Notes under the pieces: model-generated
The model's input: only the letters and a program-made list of their open reading frames with translations
Database searches by the model: none
Told to the model about the DNA's origin: nothing
Assembly: GCF_025526975.1 (NCBI RefSeq)
Contig: NW_026515690.1
Coordinates: 1-64,000, forward strand
Direction of reading: 5' to 3'
Source of the DNA: Fimicolochytrium jonesii
Lineage: Eukaryota
DNA length: 64,000 bases
Position numbers and translations under genes: made by a program
Shown: positions 60,903-64,000 of the stretch, piece by piece
Numbering within the stretch: the stretch's first letter is position 1
Layout: each line of letters begins with the position of its first letter

Positions 60903-61501
60903 CGTACTGCAGTCACCCCGATGACACGCCCCTTGCCCGCGATCTCGCCTATGCAGCTGTCGCTCCCTGGACTATTCAGCTGCCCAAAAGCTCGTCTGCT
61001 ATGCCCACAGGGGCTGGTGGGATCTTTAAACAGCGTTGTAGGAAACTTCCTCACGTTTTGAGACCCATCTTTTGGCTCAGATTTCACGCGCCTGCACATG
61101 CATGCATCACGCGTCAGCTTTAGAGCAATGGAGAGCTGGATGTGAGAGTTGGAACTTGTGGACACTGGACACACTCCCGACTCTGAACCCTGATGGGCAT
61201 TTCACAGCAACGACGCTATATTCGCTACCATGTGCGGTCGCAGAACACATCTCGGGAATGTGGAAGATGCATCCATGGTGAGCTGGGCCCCAGTGTGAAG
61301 GTGATTTCTTGTTCCAAGAGACGGAACGCGTGAAGTTTAAGTCCCCGCACGTGACAGCCACCCGCCGCATTACAATCTCTGGCATCACTCGCGGGCGGTG
61401 TCGGGTCGACTTCGTCGTCGTCGGCAAAGCACTTGTAACCACTTGCCTCTTCGTTTTTCCCCAACGCTCACCCACGTACCTTATCTTGAAGCGACACGAC
61501 G

Positions 61502-63223
61502 ATGGCGTCCAGGCTCTCTAACGTTGCTCGGCTCGTGGCCGCTCGCAGGACTACCTCTGTGGCGGCAAAGGTAAGCAGCGCAGCTCGTACAAAAGTTTCC
61601 CGCCAGGTCTGCATGAATTGAGCGGAATACGACACGGGTGAAAACGAAGCCTGGGGGTTGCAAACGCTTCTGGTAGAGCGGCCACTTCCGGAATAGTGGT
61701 ACTCATAGATAAAGGAATCGGGACTATACCGACGAAATAGGACGACGACAGGATTACTGTCTGTCTCCAGGGTCGTGCGCGACCTGCTCGATCGCGCATG
61801 TGAATGGAAGGGTGTGGGAGAACGGGCTACGGTGGTAGTTACTCTCAACCAAGAAGCTAGGCCGACCTAGGTCTTGTGAGACTCCACCGACTGATGGAGA
61901 TAGTTGACCTCACGATGATGGGCCCTTGAGAAGACGGAAGTGATGTGCCACGACTGCGTCTAACGCAACGAATTTTTCCTCATCAAAAGCCTGTGGCAAC
62001 TGCTACCCCGATCGCGCACGGTCACTCTTTGGTCGTTCCATACGTGCACAACCCCCTCACGGATTTCAAGAACGGCGTGCCTGAATCACAAGTTCGGGAG
62101 CTGAGGCCACAGGAGAAGAAATGGGACTTCTGGACGACCTCGGAAGCTTTCCTGGAGAACAAGCCCAAGTTTGGCGTACGTACTATTTCCCGACGTGATG
62201 AGGGATTTTTCTAGTTTTTGTTCGTCTTCGATTTGGCTAACCGATGCTGGAAACGCACAACAGGGTCTCAGCTGGGTTCCTGCCGGTGACATCTGGGTCA
62301 TTTCGCGTGCTGGAAAGTACCACAAGACTTGTGAAGCTGGAACACACTTCCTGATCCCTGGACTGGACAAGATCAAGGCGGTCAAGTCTGCTCACCCAAT
62401 CGCCATGGGAGTTGTGACACCTGGTGCCGCCACTAAGGGTGAGGAATTGCTGTGTATATGGAATATCTGCTGAGAAAAGCATTCTTATGATTCACGATTT
62501 AATAGGAGGAAAGCAGGTTGACGCTTACGCCGTTGTGTACCTTAAGGTCACCAACCCCGCTGCCGTAAGTGCTTGTAACGCAAACTTGGATTTATCTCGC
62601 CAGCACCCAACGATTGACTTGCGCTTGCCCACCCTTACAGTCTGCTTTCTACGTCGATACTGAGAGCAACACCTTCGACTCGGAGCGCGCCGCCGCCAAG
62701 GTTGTTCGCCGCGTTCTGGAAAGGGAAATTGCCAACGCCCAGGTTGGCTCCGACGGCGAACTGTCAGCATCCGACAAGTCCAACATCATCAACAAAATCA
62801 CCGCCACGCTGAACGCGCAAAGCGACGATTTCGGTCTTGAGGTTGTGCGTGCTGAGGTCCGCGGCGCCTTCCCCACCGACGCCAACATCCCCGACAAGCT
62901 TCGCGCTCTAGACCCCCCGATTCGTGACGCCGACGAGGTCGGTCACGGCCTCAGCGCCGACTACTGGTCCGAGGTCTTGACACCACCCTTCTTCGAGAAG
63001 CGCACTTTCGGAAGCAACAAGGAGATCCGTACCCCCGCCACTGTTTCTCTGGAATGGTGTATCCCATCTCCTCCCGACTACCATCACTTCAACGAGGTAT
63101 GCCAGGTGTTCCGTGTTTCCCTTCCCACATTCAAGATGAATTCGCTAATCAAATTTGTCTCCATTCAATCAGCCCGCGAGGATGGTCGCTTCCGCTCCGG
63201 GAGCCCCTGCGAAAGCGCACTAA
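61502..63223 (+). CDS. Mitochondrial SPFH/band-7 (stomatin-like) protein with a C-terminal Cox1-C-terminus-like motif (6 exons)
   Basis: Presequence MASRLSNVARLVAARRTTSVAAK; SPFH pattern VP....WVI.R.GKYH.T...G.HFLIP.LD.I, TK.G..V....VVY.KV.NP..S.Y.V, FGLEV.R.EV; tail YW....PPFF...SLEWCIPSPPDYHHFNE|P. Confidence 0.8.
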
Positions 63224-63772
63224 AGATAACCGAAAACTATTGTTTAACCGGAACAGAGGAGGGAAAGACATTGACCATCGTGAAGAAGACGGGGGCCGCA
63301 TACCCAGAGATTTAGACGTGATGTGTCGGGTCTCTCCAGCTTTTTTTCCCTTGTCCATGCAGAAAATATACACTCATATTGACTCTTATGCGATGTCAGA
63401 ATCATGACTTCATGTGATGGATTTGGCGAACGGACATACCTTCTCTCCGGGGTAATATGGAGTGGGATTGTTTTCTGGAGGGGCGGAGCAGCGATGTCGA
63501 GATGTCCGCGGGCCGCTGTCAACACGGCGCCAACTGTCAGTCACGTCTCCCGCTCAACATGTTTTTGCATATTATCTGACATATCTGGCGTGTATTGCAC
63601 AAGACATGTCCTTGCCTGCGGCAAAACCCCCAGTCGCTGAAAAGATTATATAGGACGGAACGGGTTGCAAATTTCCTGCTGCGATTATAGCCCGCAAAGG
63701 TCCGCGTAGAAAGCTAGCGGTGAAAGGCTACCGCGAACATTCCCTAACGTCTGTCCGACGAACACAGAAAGA

Positions 63773-64000
63773 ATGTCTCAACAAGCTCAAGAAGAAACCT
63801 TCCTCGTTCGCAACGGCAGCCTGCGCATCGCCGCCAAGCGTTGGGGTCCGGCAAACGGCTACCCTATCCTTGCATTGCACGGGGTAATTGTCTCGCCTCA
63901 GTCGCGGTGCCCTCCGTGGCTTACGTCTCACCTCATTACTCACTTGTCGTCGCTTTTTCTAGTGGCTGGATAATGCGAACACATGGGACGAACTGGTTCC
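63773..64000 (+). CDS. Alpha/beta hydrolase, serine hydrolase-like (SERHL family); 3'-truncated by the window edge
   Basis: IAAKRWG...G.PILALHG|WLDNANTWDELVP across a GT-AG intron. Confidence 0.85.

Overview
Gene-dense, intron-containing eukaryotic DNA with mostly short GT-AG introns. It is most likely from an early-diverging, chytrid-like fungus. This is an inference from a Chs4/Skt5-type Sel1-CaaX gene occurring alongside animal-type SMARCC, CPSF30 with a zinc knuckle and a KIAA1328-like gene. Recognisable housekeeping genes: BLM10/PA200, an IF1-like gene, NSE1, MED9, POP5, SMARCC/SWI3, an AMPK/MARK-type kinase, CPSF30/YTH1, TEL2, a RasGEF, NAM9, an SPFH protein and a SERHL-like hydrolase, plus U6 snRNA and tRNA-Leu(AAG). 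Most notable observations: (1) The left end holds a spliced gene of about 1,200 aa with two tandem serine-recombinase (resolvase-type) catalytic domains and Cys/His clusters. It is followed by a terminus (...CATCCTACTG|TA) shared with a 199-bp TIR element (MITE) 34 kb away, making it a candidate new type of eukaryotic mobile element. (2) A mitochondrial SPFH protein ends in a Cox1 C-terminal (Cox1-c-like) motif. (3) An IF1 gene has two inhibitory motifs and a 7-nt microexon. (4) The U6 has an extra UUCG hairpin at its 3' end. (5) An accessory island carries a frameshifted PD-(D/E)xK nuclease gene. All calls are by eye, with no database searches. Exon structures are my own reconstructions.
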